Under the pieces are notes generated by a model. The model was not told where the DNA came from, searched no databases, and saw only the letters and a program-made list of their open reading frames with translations. The position numbers and the translations under genes are program-made. Below, in pieces: positions 48,512 through 60,879 of a stretch of DNA of 64,000 nt. Location of the stretch: the NCBI RefSeq assembly GCF_036321535.1, contig NC_087472.1, positions 94,118,001-94,182,000 on the forward strand, written 5' to 3'. Source of the stretch: Camelus dromedarius. Its lineage: Eukaryota. The number at the start of each line of letters is the position of its first letter. Within the stretch, counting starts at the first letter, position 1.

Positions 48512-49699
48512 TGGGATGATACTTGTTGTCAGCTGACACAGCCAGACTGAAAGTCATCAATGATAGCTCACTCCAACACTAGACAAACTATTAATGAACT
48601 TTTTTTAATTCCTCCTAGTTCTTCCTCCTAGTCATATAGTCTCTTTGTGAACTTGGCTCTATCGTGCTCGTATTTCCATAGTAAGGGTCACCTTTGCCTC
48701 TCCTCTGCCTCACTAAAACATTCATATCTGCTCTCCTTCATATCTGATCTTACCCACTAGTACACCCAAACAAGCCTAACACATTTCTCACATTCTAGTT
48801 TGAATAATCAATTTTTTTAAATGAAAATCTGATTCCATCAATACACTGCTTCCAAGTCTTTATAGATCCATCCAGTTTATATTTATTATATGCCTTTCCT
48901 CAACTCTCTAAATATATCTGCATCATCTCTATGGGACTCAGCTCTATTAAACAAAACAAGTACAGAATTTAAATGAACAATTGTTAATGCTATAAGGGGT
49001 CATACTTAGATGTGCTAAATACAATCTAGGAAGAACAACTATGGAATTTCAGAGTTAAATAAGAGGATAAGAGGAAGCTCAGAATGCTCATACACAGTAT
49101 GGGAAAAGAAGAGTGTCTAGATTTTTTTTTTTTTTTTTGCCGTAACTTTCTTCAGGCAGGATATGTTTCTTAGTCATATCCACATCACTGGCTTCTAAGA
49201 CAGTGTCTGTCTCAATAACTGCTCTTCTTAATAAAGATTAAGGAGCTGACATTTCAACTAGAGAACACCTAGAAAATTCAGGAGTATAGCTAGGAGAGGG
49301 GTGAAAAGGCTGACTCCGTCTCTCACAAAACAGTGAACACTTGTTCTCCCTAGACTCATAACTGCAGCAAAACTGATCTTGATGAATACGTTTTTTTTCC
49401 CCCAATTCCTGTATTCCCATTTTAGTGTTTTGACATTTCTTTCACTTATTTCTGCCTTTAATTATGGTGATAGTTCTCTCTCCTCAACTAATAACTTAGT
49501 GAGTGAGACTAAGTGGGACTAAATCTCTTCCCTTGAGTTCAATACTTAATAGGTGATTATTGGATATTTACTGCATAAAAAGCATAGAAAGCAGCACCAT
49601 ACAAAGGATCATTTATATTACATTGCAGCTAAAGATTCAGATTTCTGTTTCAATCACCATGGACACAGTTTTTGAGGACTGGTTGAACACATAATATTC

Positions 49700-50460
49700 A
49701 CTAAAATATCTCTATGTCTCTAAAACAGACAAGTAGTTAGTGTCTGAATTATATAAGAAACTACTAGAAATAAAGAAAAACACATAATCTCTAATAGATA
49801 AGTGAGTAACTTACAGAAGACAAGGCAGTCCAAAAAGTTAAAATAGCATTGGTAGAGCAGCTCAAAGTACACAGCTAATCACAAAATTTTAATTAAAGTA
49901 ACAATGAATTTATAGTAATTTGTAATAATAATAGATCAGCAGCATTTAGAAAGCTAGAAAATGCCAGGTCTGGGTGGGGGTGTGGAAGTACTGTCCTACT
50001 GCTACAAACTCTGGAGAGCAATCAAGGCCCTACATTACCAAGCTAGATAAATGTGACCTATGATCCAGTCACTCCACTGTGTCTATTTCTCAGGAAAGTT
50101 CTATCGGTCCATGAGGAGGCACACGGGGTGACACATATTGCTTCATTTTTTTGTACAACATTGGAGGCTCCCAGTGTTTGTCTCACTGGGAGAGTGTATA
50201 GTAAAAAAACTTTTAGAAATAATTGACCATTATACAGCAGTTAGAGACAACTGATTAGAGATACCTGTAGAAATGCAGATAAGTCCTAAAAATAAGGCTC
50301 CATGAAAAATACCGTTTATATACATTAAAAATACATCATCATAAAACAGTAATACTCATTTTGCAATAGTATGTTGGGAAAAAGTGAAACATCAAACACA
50401 TTATAATCAACAGTGAGGAAAGAAAGGGATGGGATCCAGGTTTTGGGAGAGAAGGGAATT
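49700..50460 (+). mobile_element. Old L1 (L1M/L1ME-like) 3' fragment
   Basis: Degenerate L1 motifs (TTAGTGTCTGAATTATATAAGAAACTACT; CTCTGGAGAGCAAT; CCTATGATCCAGTCACTCCACT). Confidence 0.55.
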
Positions 50461-51214
50461 TTTTTTAAAGTAACTGAATATGGTTTTCAGATGAATATGT
50501 CTTACATGAGAATGTCAGAATTAGGTAACCTGTTGTCTATATGTATCCAAAATGAATCAGGATTTTAATGGAAATTGTGTTTGTGTATGTGTAGGAGTGT
50601 ATAGCCCATATATTCTTTGTGATGATTGTCCCTCAGGGGCCAATTTTTTGTGTTCCGTGAAAAAAATCAACATGTCTCTGAGATTCTAGGCTTTACGGAG
50701 GTCTGTCACCTATAAGTTAAAGAAATCCGCTCTGTGGATGGTACTGCTGCTGTTAAGTATTCAGTTTGTCAATCCCGATTTTGCTTCTGAGCTTTCCAAG
50801 GTGCTAGGAGGTGACAGGGTTTTGTGGTGAAGTGAAGAGTCCCGGCTCTGCTCAGAACCTTTTCCTGACACTGCTTCCACGACCTGCAAAAGCACCTTTT
50901 GTTGGATGAATATACATTAGAGAGGTCCAGCCTAACACACTGTAATGGCCACTGCTGAACTCTGAATCCTTGTCACAGCTAGAGAAACCATCGGCAGGGG
51001 AACACAGGTGGAATGGCTAGAAAAATAAATACCATCTCAGGACCTGAAAAGCGCTCTGTCATGAAGTTCTTTCCACTTGACCTAAGTCCAAACTGAGTAT
51101 GTATTGAGGCAAAAGAATCTAATCAAAGAATTTATTCTTTTTACAGGCCTAACAGATGACAGCTATGCAATTCAAGAAAAATATATTTGGCCATTGTTAA
51201 TGTTGACTCCTAGT

Positions 51215-51425
51215 TAGTGGTCCTCAGCTGGGACAATTTTGCTCCCCAAGAGATATTTGATGATGTCTGAAGACATTTTTGATTGTCTCAACTAGCTGGC
51301 TTCTAGTGGGTAGAACCCAGAATACTGGTAAATAACCTACAGCACACAGGACAGCCCCCCCCCCCCAGAACCAGTGATCTGGCCCAATATATCAGTAGTG
51401 ATGGAGTTGAATACCCATGCCCTAA
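51215..51425. mobile_element. MER20 DNA transposon
   Basis: AATTTTGCTCCCCAAGAGATATTTG...GTCTGGAAGACATTTTTGATTGTC...TCTAGTGGGTAGA...CCTACAGCACACAGGACAGCCCCC. Confidence 0.85.
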
Positions 51426-51449
51426 GCTAGTTAGATAAACCAAATGTGT

Positions 51450-51815
51450 CCTCAGGGTTCTCACACCCTGAATGGCAACCTTCCCTGTTCTTTGACCTTG
51501 CCTGGACTGCCCTTCTAAAGATATCCGCATGGTTTTCTCCTCTCTTCTTTCAGGTTTTAAATCAAATGAGACCTTCTCAGTGAGACTTTGTTTGACCAAC
51601 TAATTTGGGGATCCTTATCTCATTCCTCAAAAATCCCCATCCATCTCCCTTGCCTTATTTTACTCCATATACTTACCACATGTGTACTATGCTTTACTTA
51701 TTTATTTTCCGCATAGCCCCATTTTACTTGATTTGTTATTGTTAGATCTCCAATGGTGCGAGGAGTGCCTGGCACATAATAGGTACTCAGTAATTTTTTG
51801 TTGAACAAATAAACT
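51450..51815 (+). mobile_element. L2 3' end
   Basis: GTGCCTGGCACATAATAGGTACTCAGTAATTTTTTGTTGAACAAATAAA tail; ACCTTCTCAGTGAG. Confidence 0.8.
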
Positions 51816-53424
51816 CAGTCTTAAGAATCTTAAAGAAGAATTCAATTATAGATATGACACCTGTCTCAGATGATACTGTGCAGATTCATGATGTCTTAAG
51901 ATAATACTGATCAAGCATGAGCTTAGCCTTCTTGTCTTCCCCTGTGCTCTTTAATAAGGACCAAGGGGACTGGAAAGCTACCCCAGATTGGCTGTGAAGA
52001 TTCAGGAAAAAAAAAAAAGTATGTTTATATTCATGTGTCATATTCTATTACATTTCTTTCAATTATTACCATTTAAGAGCACACCTAAATGGAAATAGAT
52101 TTTTTTCAACCTGATTTTAGTTTTTAACTTTTTTTTTCTTTTTTTTCACAGAGAAATCCAACATCTGGCCATCAGGGGTCTGTAACTGTCTACCATAGTG
52201 ATTTTCCTGTCCCCGCCCCCAGTCCATACTCATGTACAACTCTCTCAGGGACATTCATGGAGAGAAGTGGACAAGAAAAATTCCCTTGATGGGCATAAAG
52301 GTGGTATGTACCAAGAACCCCTCTCATAATCATTTACCATTCTTGTCCATAAAGAAATGGCATATGCTTGGACCCAGTGTCCACTAGAATAATTCCTCTT
52401 TACTGTTTCTCTAAATAAAATATAGTTTAAAAATCACTGTTAGCCTATTTTTTCCTACAATTGTATTTGGAGTGTATTGAGGTGGTTAAATGGATCATTT
52501 TACACATAGGCTGCCTCTCAGTGGTGAACCATATTCATAGGATGATCTAAATATTAGGGTCAAATACAGCAACAATTCTTGTAAGAACTTTCTCATTCAA
52601 TTGATCTCTCTAGACTTTTCTTATAAATACACGAGCAATTTTAGTCACCTCTTACCACACCTGCATTAATCAAGGTCTCAGAATATAGAAGGCTAACTCA
52701 AAAGGTTCTGATTGAATTTAGTGGAGGGTTTATATAAGAGGTAAGGATAGGGTTAAGGTGACCCAAAAGGAATTCTGGGGACACTCAGAAAGCCGTAAGC
52801 CACGATGGGAATCCATTTACCCCCCCTAATACTGGGAGGCAGGAGGAGGAAAAGGTATTACTGGAGCCCTTCTTGGGACCATGAAGGAGCAGTTTCTCAG
52901 GAGCAGCTATAGGGCTTTAGAGGAACAGAATAGGAAACACCGAAACTGCAATAGTACGTACTACCAAAACTGCCCAGCAGTCATGTAGAACGCTGTCACA
53001 GGCTCCCTCTTTCTCTATACAAAGAGGAAAAAGTGAACTCCTCAAGGTTCTATCCACTGGAAAGACTTCCCCATACCATGGTTTATCAAAGCTGTTCCTC
53101 AGTGAGGCTGTAACCTTGTGTTTCCAACTGGTTCCAGCATCTGTGCAGACTCACCCACCAGTTTTCTGATGCTTAACTGGTCTGAGGAAATGCCCCCTTG
53201 AAGCCATAGGTGTGGGTTAGAGGGAGAGGGAGCTAATTAAGCAGAAGTGGGTCCAGTAAGAGTATCAGCCACATGCTCGTAACATTTACTTGTGCTATTA
53301 ACGCTGCTTGGTACCCGTATCCTGTTTCATTTTCATTTAAAGAAATGGAATACTGATACATAAATTCAAATTGATGAGAAAGATGTGTCAGATAGCACGG
53401 AATCTACAATGGGAAGCTGATTGC

Positions 53425-53501
53425 ACTCCTGCATGCGGTATATATTGCTTCAAAGTTCCAAGAATTGTGCTGCTTGGTTCACTGTGGAAAGTTGGAATTG
53501 C
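53425..53501 (+). repeat. 77-bp direct repeat, copy 1
   Basis: 74/77 identical to 54196-54272. Confidence 0.95.
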
Positions 53502-53559
53502 CGACATTCGCTGTCCCTCGGAGTCTGGAGCAAATTAGGGCTTGATTTCCAACAGGTGC

Positions 53560-53850
53560 TGGAGGAGGTCATCAAGAGGACGTGCCGGCCGATTGACCCG
53601 CCAGGTGGACCCACGCAGCCCGAGGCTCCGCCCCTCCCCTGGCGCGTGGGCGGCGCGCTCCCTGCTGCTCGCGTGGCTGGAGCCATTTTGAGGACGCAGC
53701 CTTGAGGGAGAGGGTGTGTTGAGACCGCCTGGACGGTGTTTGCGACTGAACCCCGTTAAGCCCTCTCTGTCAACTTTTAAGATTCCGGGAGGCAGATGTG
53801 GAGATCGACTGGTCTTGAGGCGCCCGAGACAAGCCTCGTGGGTAAGTTCC
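53560..53850 (+). promoter_or_regulatory. Small CpG-rich promoter-like region with putative non-coding first exon
   Basis: GC boxes (CTCCGCCCC ~53626; GGGCGG ~53648), YY1-like GCCATTTTG at 53682-53690, and strong donor TGG|GTAAGT at 53842. Confidence 0.6.
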
Positions 53851-54195
53851 CTTGTTGCTGAAACCTGCTGCCTTCCAATCTGGAGGGACTGTGCTCTCTT
53901 CCTCTCTCCTCGCCCTCCCTGGGCGGGAGCCGGTTTGCAAACCAACAAGAAAGGAAAAGTTTTTGGCAGAATATAGTATGGCCCTCCTCCAAAACACTAG
54001 GAGTCTCTGCTCTGATTCTTTTCTTGTGGTTTTCCTACCTGCCACAGACACTAAGTATCATGGCCACTCCTAGGTCGTAAGGCCGCGTGCTGAGGCATCT
54101 TGAGGGCAGCCGGAGCTGACTGTAGGGCCCTCTCTTATTCTAGGCCTTGTTCGAAACTGGCTACCTCCTGAGTTACCTGAATTGAGCAGAAAAGT

Positions 54196-54272
54196 ACTCC
54201 TGCATGCGGTATATATTGCTTCAAAGTTCCAAGAATTGTGCTGCTTGCTTTACTGTGGAAAGTTAGAATTGC
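54196..54272 (+). repeat. 77-bp direct repeat, copy 2
   Basis: 74/77 identical to 53425-53501. Confidence 0.95.
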
Positions 54273-54474
54273 AGGAGCTTCTTTCTCGCTTTAGAGAGTA
54301 TATCCCAGTGTGCCTTAGATTTTTAGATACCTAGTAACTTTGCTGATGTGGCCCATGAACTTTCCAAGGGTGGTGTCTGTATTTTGGCATCAAGGGTGCT
54401 GGCTCCTCCTTTGTGAAAAGATTTAATTATCAGTGTAATGGACTATCTGTGGCATAGGAATAAAACCAAAGTCC

Positions 54475-54793
54475 TGAGCATTGTATTTTTTTTTAATTTT
54501 TAATTTTTTTAATTGAAGTGTAGTCAGTTACAATGTGTCAATTTTTGGTGTACAGCATAATGTTTCAGTCATACATATACATACAGAAACAGACTCACGG
54601 ACATAGCAAACTTACGGTTACCGGGGGAAAGGGGACGGGAGAGGATAAAGTGGGAGTTTGAGATTTGCAAATATTAACTATTATATATAAAATCGGTAAA
54701 AAAAACAAAGTTCTGTATAGCACAGGAAACTATATTCAATTTTTTGTAGTAACCTATAATGAAAAAGGATATGAAAACTGACCATTGTATTTT
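54475..54793 (-). mobile_element. Short 5'-inverted L1 insertion (artiodactyl/camelid-type 3'UTR) with 15-bp TSD
   Basis: Poly-T plus antisense 3' end to ~54584, then the upstream UTR portion in sense orientation. TSD TGAGCATTGTATTTT (54475-54489) / TGACCATTGTATTTT (54779-54793), followed by AA. Confidence 0.85.
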
Positions 54794-54794
54794 A

Positions 54795-55310
54795 AAACAG
54801 GCAGAAGAGCTGCTACTGTCCTTACATAAGACAAGGGAACATGTCCTGCTGCCCTTGGCAGGGGGAAGCAAACAGCTTCTGGTTTGCTTTACTGATTTGT
54901 GTTGAAAAGAAACTGTTTGCTAGGTTATCGCTGTACCAGGTGCCAGTGTTAGTGTCAAGATAACCCAGTAAAGATCTCTTAGCTGGAACAGCTGGAGTCA
55001 CCATACAACTAAATTTATAATAATCTACAGCCGTTCCTTGAGGCCCATGTGCCTTCTGCACTGTGAAATAGGTGAGTTGAATGAGAATCACTGACAACGG
55101 CATCTTTTACGTTTTTACAGGTGGCACTGATCTCTGACATCCTCTAGCGATGTGGTAGCCTATTGGCTTACTATTTTGAAGAAGGGCACAGTTCCACAGG
55201 CTTCAAATTGGCCCTTCTTTTCTTTGTAGCTCTCACTCCATGGACCTGGGAACCAATGCGGGGGGTTTTTCCTAGATACTTCATACATCTTTGCCAGTAG
55301 CTATTCAGTA
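54795..55310 (-). mobile_element. ERVL internal fragment, degenerate reverse transcriptase
   Basis: ORF 54822-55103 (VQK..VDYYKF..VTPAVP..SLL..GTWY..LANSFFS..QKLFA..QGQQ) resembles ERV-L RT (VDYRKLN..AVPDVVSLL..GTWYAAIDLANAFFS..QKQFAF..QGQQY). Confidence 0.85.
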
Positions 55311-55339
55311 ACTAAGGAAATGTCCACAGGATAAGTCTG

Positions 55340-55650
55340 GTCTGTCAACAGCATTTGCTCACTTCTTTTCTCTGTGTCACATTTTGATGATTTCCTCAAA
55401 ATTTCAAACTTTTTCCTTAGTATTAGAGAGTTATATATTCATGATCTTTGATTTGCTGAAGATTCAGATGATGGTTAGCATGTTTTAGCAATAAAGTATT
55501 TTTTAATTAAGGTATGTACTTTTTTAAATGACATAATGCTATTGCACACTTAACTACAGTGTGCTGTAAACGTAACTTTTATAAGCACTGGAAAACCAAA
55601 AATTTCGTGTGACTGACTTAATCGTGATACTTGATTTACTGCAGTGGTCT
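55340..55650. mobile_element. Tigger1 terminal fragment
   Basis: TGCTGAAGATTCAGATGATGGTTAGCATGTTTTAGCAATAAAGTATTTTT...ACATAATGCTATTGCACACTTAA...GCACTGGAAAACCAAAAATTTCGTGTGACT. Confidence 0.85.
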
Positions 55651-55654
55651 GTGT

Positions 55655-55870
55655 AACTGTTAAGAGTGAAGAATTTCAATTATGCAAACCTGGGTTGAAA
55701 TGCTGACTCTTGTTACTTTATATGAGCATCCATATCTGGAAGAAAAAAAAAAGTGGTGGGATATAAGAAAAATGACCTTATAGGGTTGTTTTGGATCACT
55801 AAATACAGTGCTGTTTTTAAAGGTGTTAATATAGTACCTGATTTGTCATAAATACTCAATGAATGTTTAA
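55655..55870 (+). mobile_element. MIR SINE (degenerate)
   Basis: GTTAAGAG...ACCTGGGTTGAAAT...CCTTATAGGGTTGTT...TAAATACTCAATGAATGTT. Confidence 0.55.
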
Positions 55871-57601
55871 TGTTTTTATTTCTGGTTGATAACAGTATAG
55901 ATAAGAAAAGATGTTTATTGTATTTATAAAAAAATGCATTGTTTTTCTCACTTTAGGAGTGCTACATGATTAGTACAGGTTCTTTGGAGCAGGTAGAGCA
56001 TATGAGGAAAAAATAAAGTCAAAGATAACCAGATAACCATGTAATCTGTATGCGTTTCCTTCCACTATTTTGCAGTATGTATTTTAAAAATGGTTTTTAA
56101 TCTGAAAAATGTTTAAATTATATATATATTATTTGATCAATGCAAAAACACTTTTGCAATGACTTTCAGTTTTTCATAACTTAAAAAATAATATGAACAT
56201 TTTGCTTAACAAAAAGAAGCATTTAAAACATATTAAATAACATGTATTTAGATTTAGGAGTCAATAAACTTAGAAAGAATCTTATAATATGACCAGTTCT
56301 TTCAAAATTACTCTTGTGTAGCACCAGATAAAATATTTCAAGACAAAGTTTACTTAAATGGATTTTTTATTGAAATAACTATAAACCACTACATAATAAA
56401 CATTTTAACCTAATTTATTTCATTTTATTCTAAAAGATTTTTAAATGCTAGACATATAAATGATGCACTAACCAAAAGCAATTAGAATCCTTCCTATTGT
56501 TTGAAAGTGCTTATTCCTAGGCCATGCAAGTCTGTCAGCATGTTTTCAGTCTGATGTACCAAGGTCAAATGCACTCTGGAGACACTTCTTAATGGAATTT
56601 TCAGATGACTCAATGCTATTGTACAGTAGACTAAACAATTTGATGACCAGCGCATTTAGAATATATATTATGTAATTTCAGAGAACTTTGGAAATGCAGG
56701 GGCTCCTTTTAAATGCTAAGTAGTATCTTTGGCTGTTCTTTCTGAAGAACAATGGAAAAAATAATCTTGCTGACTTCTTTCCAGTGATACAAAGTACGGA
56801 TGAATCGTGAGTGTAGATTTAATTCTTTCAGCTATTACTTCAATCGGCTAAAAGCATGTAGAAAAACATTCAAATGGACAGTAAGGAAAACAAGATAGAG
56901 TGGCTGAAAGAACTTGGCTGTCATTAATTTGTTAATAGTTGTTCACGCATCAATATTATTAAATGATGCTATGGAAGGTAAATCAGGTATCCATCCATTA
57001 ACTAACTCATGAATATGACATTAAGAGGACTTTACATTACTAAATATGTATTAAAGCAGATTAAGCTATATGAACTATATTTTAAATAATGCCATATTTT
57101 AAATAATGTGGCCCTGATCCATTTTAATATTATGGCAAGAATATTCATATTTATCAAAGTGAAATTTGATGTTGAACACAGTTACTCACTCTTTGAAATA
57201 GTTTCCCTTCTTATATTTTTATCATGTTGGCTGTGTTTTTCTCATATTTCTCCATTTTTTTTTGGTCCAGTGCTTCTTTCTGTGTCTCATTTTTTAACTC
57301 CTCTTGCTTCCCTAACATTCATGGTGGTTTTAAAAACAGTCTTTCTTTATATTCCCATCTCTCTCTTGAATGTTTTCATTCATTTTTTAAACTTTACCAA
57401 GTATATATAGATAATAACCAAATGTGAGTCTCTTATCCTAGACTCTTTCCAGTGGGCAATGTCTAATTTCCATCTTTCTGTCCCTTCCCAGTTTGCTCAC
57501 CACTAAGTTTCAAAAATCCATCTCAAGGATCCCATCAATCTCTTCTCTCCAATGTCTATTGCTGTAGCCATAAATAAGATCAGTAAGATCTACAATGCTC
57601 C

Positions 57602-57808
57602 ACAGTGCTAGCCAGTAGAACTTTCTGCAGTGATGGAAATGTTCTGTATCTGTGTTGTGAAATACAGTAGCCATTAGGGGAGCTCTTGAACACTTGAAAT
57701 GTGGCTTATGGAATTGAGGAACTGAAATTTTAGTTTATTTCATTTTAACTAACATTAAATTTGAATGTTCACATAAGACTAGTAGCTACTGTATTGAACA
57801 GCACAGCT
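57602..57808. mobile_element. MER3-like DNA transposon inserted in degenerate L2-like sequence
   Basis: TAGAACTTTCTGCAGTGATGGAAATGTTCT...GAACACTTGAAATGTGGCT...TGAGGAACTGAAATTTT...CTAGTAGCTACTGTATTGAACAGCACAG. Confidence 0.85.
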
Positions 57809-58181
57809 ATGGATTGTTTTCGGTACTCTGAGTTGGCCTCAGAAGTTACAAGATAAAGACCTTTGGATTTATCTTAAATCCAGGAAACTGTACATATTAC
57901 TCTGCTGCTTAAAGACTCTGAGTGCCTCCTCCTATGTTACGGCTTAGTCCAGACTCTACAGACTCACATAAAAGGTCCACTGTGATCTCATTCCATCACA
58001 CTTTTCCAGGCAGCTTTCCCATAATCTCATCCTTAAGTGTTCTGATCTATCCAGACTGAGTTATCTTTGTCGTGAGTCCATAGCTTCTGCTTACTCCACA
58101 GTCCTACTTTGACTCATGTGCATTCTCTTATATAGATCCTTGGCCCAAACTGCATTTCCAACTCATCTTAATTGTTTTTCT

Positions 58182-58200
58182 TGTGTGTGTGTGTGTGTGT
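58182..58200. repeat. (TG)n microsatellite
   Basis: Direct reading. Confidence 0.85.
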
Positions 58201-58464
58201 TTTTAAGGAAACTTCAAATGTGTTTGGAATATAACAGCAGAGTACATTTTGTAAAATTATGTATAACAAGAGCATTTCTCCACCAGTTGATTGAGTGGAC
58301 CAACATCTGCTTATTTCAGAAGCCCCAAGATGCCTTAATACTATTTATCTCATTATCTCCATTATTTTCCCCTCCGGGGGACTGTCTTTAATAAACTTGG
58401 CTTCGTCTCTTCTCCTGGCAATTTTTTAAAAATTATGATTCAATTTAAACTAAAAGAAAAGGAC

Positions 58465-59175
58465 AATTGACCCATTTCTCCCACCTGCCCCAACCTTTCC
58501 ACCCTCCGACCCCCACATTTGGCAACCACAAATTGTTCTATGAGCTCAGTTTTTTGTTGGTTTCTTTTGTTTTTAGGTGCCACATGTAAAAGAGATCAGA
58601 AAGTATTTGTCTTCCTCTCTGACTTCTTTCACTTAACATACTGCCCTCAAGGTCTATACATATTGTTGCAAATGGCAAGATTTCATTCTTTTTATGGCTG
58701 AATAATATTTCATTGTGTATATACACCACAATTTCTTTATTCACTCATCCATTGGTGGACACTTAGGTTGTTTCTATAGCTTGGTGATTGTAAATAATGC
58801 TGCAGTGAACATGGGGGCACATATCTTTTTGAGTTAGTGTTTTCATTTTCTTCAGATAAAGACCCAAAAGTAGAATTGCTGGATCATATGGTAGTTCTAT
58901 TTTTAATTTTTTGAAGAACTTTTGTACTGTTTGCCATAGTGGCTACACCAATTACATTGTCACCAACACTTTACAAGGGTACCCTTTTCTCCAAATCCTT
59001 GCCAACACTTGTTATATTTTTTTTTTAAATAACAGCCATTTCAGCAAGTGTGAGGTGATACCTCACTGTGATTTCTGACTGGCATTTCCCTGATGATTAA
59101 TGATGTTGATCATTTTTTCATGTAGCTGTTGGCCATTTGTATGTCTTTGGAAGAAATATCTATTCAGATCTTCTC
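58465..59175 (-). mobile_element. L1 fragment (ORF2 C-terminus and 3'UTR)
   Basis: Minus-strand ORF 58538-58744 contains KKNEILPFATICIDLEGSMLSERSQ, resembling the L1 ORF2p C-terminus. Confidence 0.9.
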
Positions 59176-60879
59176 AAGTTTGAATGGGGTTAATTGTTCA
59201 GTTTCACCTGAAGCTGTCACTTTCTGAGTTTTTTCCAATATCCCATGATATATGCAAGCTCTCCTTCTACTGAATGAGTCTAGTTATCTATCTTTATTTC
59301 CTCCAGAAATAGAACTATTTTATCCTTATGTAAGGTTATAAACTCTTTCAGGTCATATTCTGTATCTGATTTACTCCATAATCTTCTGGCTTTGGTCTAC
59401 TGCCCAGTATACAGAACACTCAAAATAACTGGTTTATCAAGTGATTGGATTAAACAATAGATAACTGAATTAATGTGGACATTTCAATTTGAGACACTTA
59501 CTATCATCATCAGAGCATTTCAAATGAAAGTAATCAAATCATTAGATAAATACGGACTTATAAATGTATAGATACCATATATGGAGACATGTTTTATTTT
59601 TATTTATGTATATATATATATATGGGTGTAGTCTCAAATACGCAAATGGTCTCTAGTTATAGCTGGATGGTTTGCACATTTTATGCAAATTGTTTTCTTT
59701 TTATATGCATGTGGAATACATATACATTTTTATCTGATATGTACTGAAAAAAGTAATTTTTTGTTTTTCTAGATAATTGGCTCTGCTCTTCCACATGTAG
59801 AGCAATCTTAAACATTATAATTATATGCTAAAAAACAAAACATTGTGTGAAAATATTTATTGTAAATCAGAATATTATGGTAAGTCAAGAAGATTTTCCC
59901 ACCATGAACATTTGTTTACCATCTGTATTCAGTCCAAGCAAACTGTTCATTACTATTAAGCTTGGATAGTGGACACTGTAACTCCTTGGAACTGTTAAAT
60001 TATGGCAGTTAAAATATATGAAAAATCCGATACTCTTTTTTAAGGTTTTGTGAACTTTCTCTGGAATAGCCTGAGAAGTTCACTTATTTTCTAAGAAACT
60101 TTAGTCTCAAATAGCAAATACGTATATTCATATTGTAAACACACTCCAAAGAGTCTGTAATACAATGATTTCAATAGTAGATATTACTTTATATTTTCCT
60201 TACTACAGAAATCAATTATTCTGTTGTGAACAGTGTTAAATGATGAACTATACTGATTAAACATTAGGCAGTAGATAGGATTTAATTGCTAAAGAAGACT
60301 CACCAGACCAAAAATGACAAGGCATAAAAATTTACAGTTGGTTGCATGGAAAGGCTATAGTAAGGCACCAGCATATAAGTTAGGATATGGATCACAGCCA
60401 AAGGCCCCCGACAGTAAGGGTCTGGAGAAACCAAGCTATTGGCCTCCCTTTGCAGAGGCCATACTGGGATGCACCTTTTCTTTCAAGCCAAGAACACAAT
60501 TTTCTCTTGTATCAAAAACCACCTCTGTGTGCACATAAAACCACAGAACTAGGAAAGCCAAAGTGGAATCTCAGCCAAGATTTCTTACGTCCTGGTGGTC
60601 AGGTAGGCGTCTTCTTGCTGCATAACCTGCCCCAGTAGCAGAGTGCTGCAGGTCCCTCACCAAGACTAGGTACAAATCATCAGTCTCACTTACCAATAAA
60701 TAATGCTGACATGCTGGTATTTCACCCCAGAGCTCCTCAGACCTGTAAAGCAACACTGTTAGGCAGTGCAGTTTATGCCCTGGCCAGGGTCAGGGCTTTG
60801 CAGGTACTTTTCTTATTTCAGACCAGTTTCAGACCTAGGGGAGTTAACTCTCACAGCTTAGAAACCAAATAACAGGAGC

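Noticed and set aside
52660..53000. Possible old LTR remnant
   Set aside because: Too degenerate to assign by eye.
53421..54073. Overlapping ORFs over the CpG-rich cassette
   Set aside because: No homology or coding signature; a by-product of high GC content.
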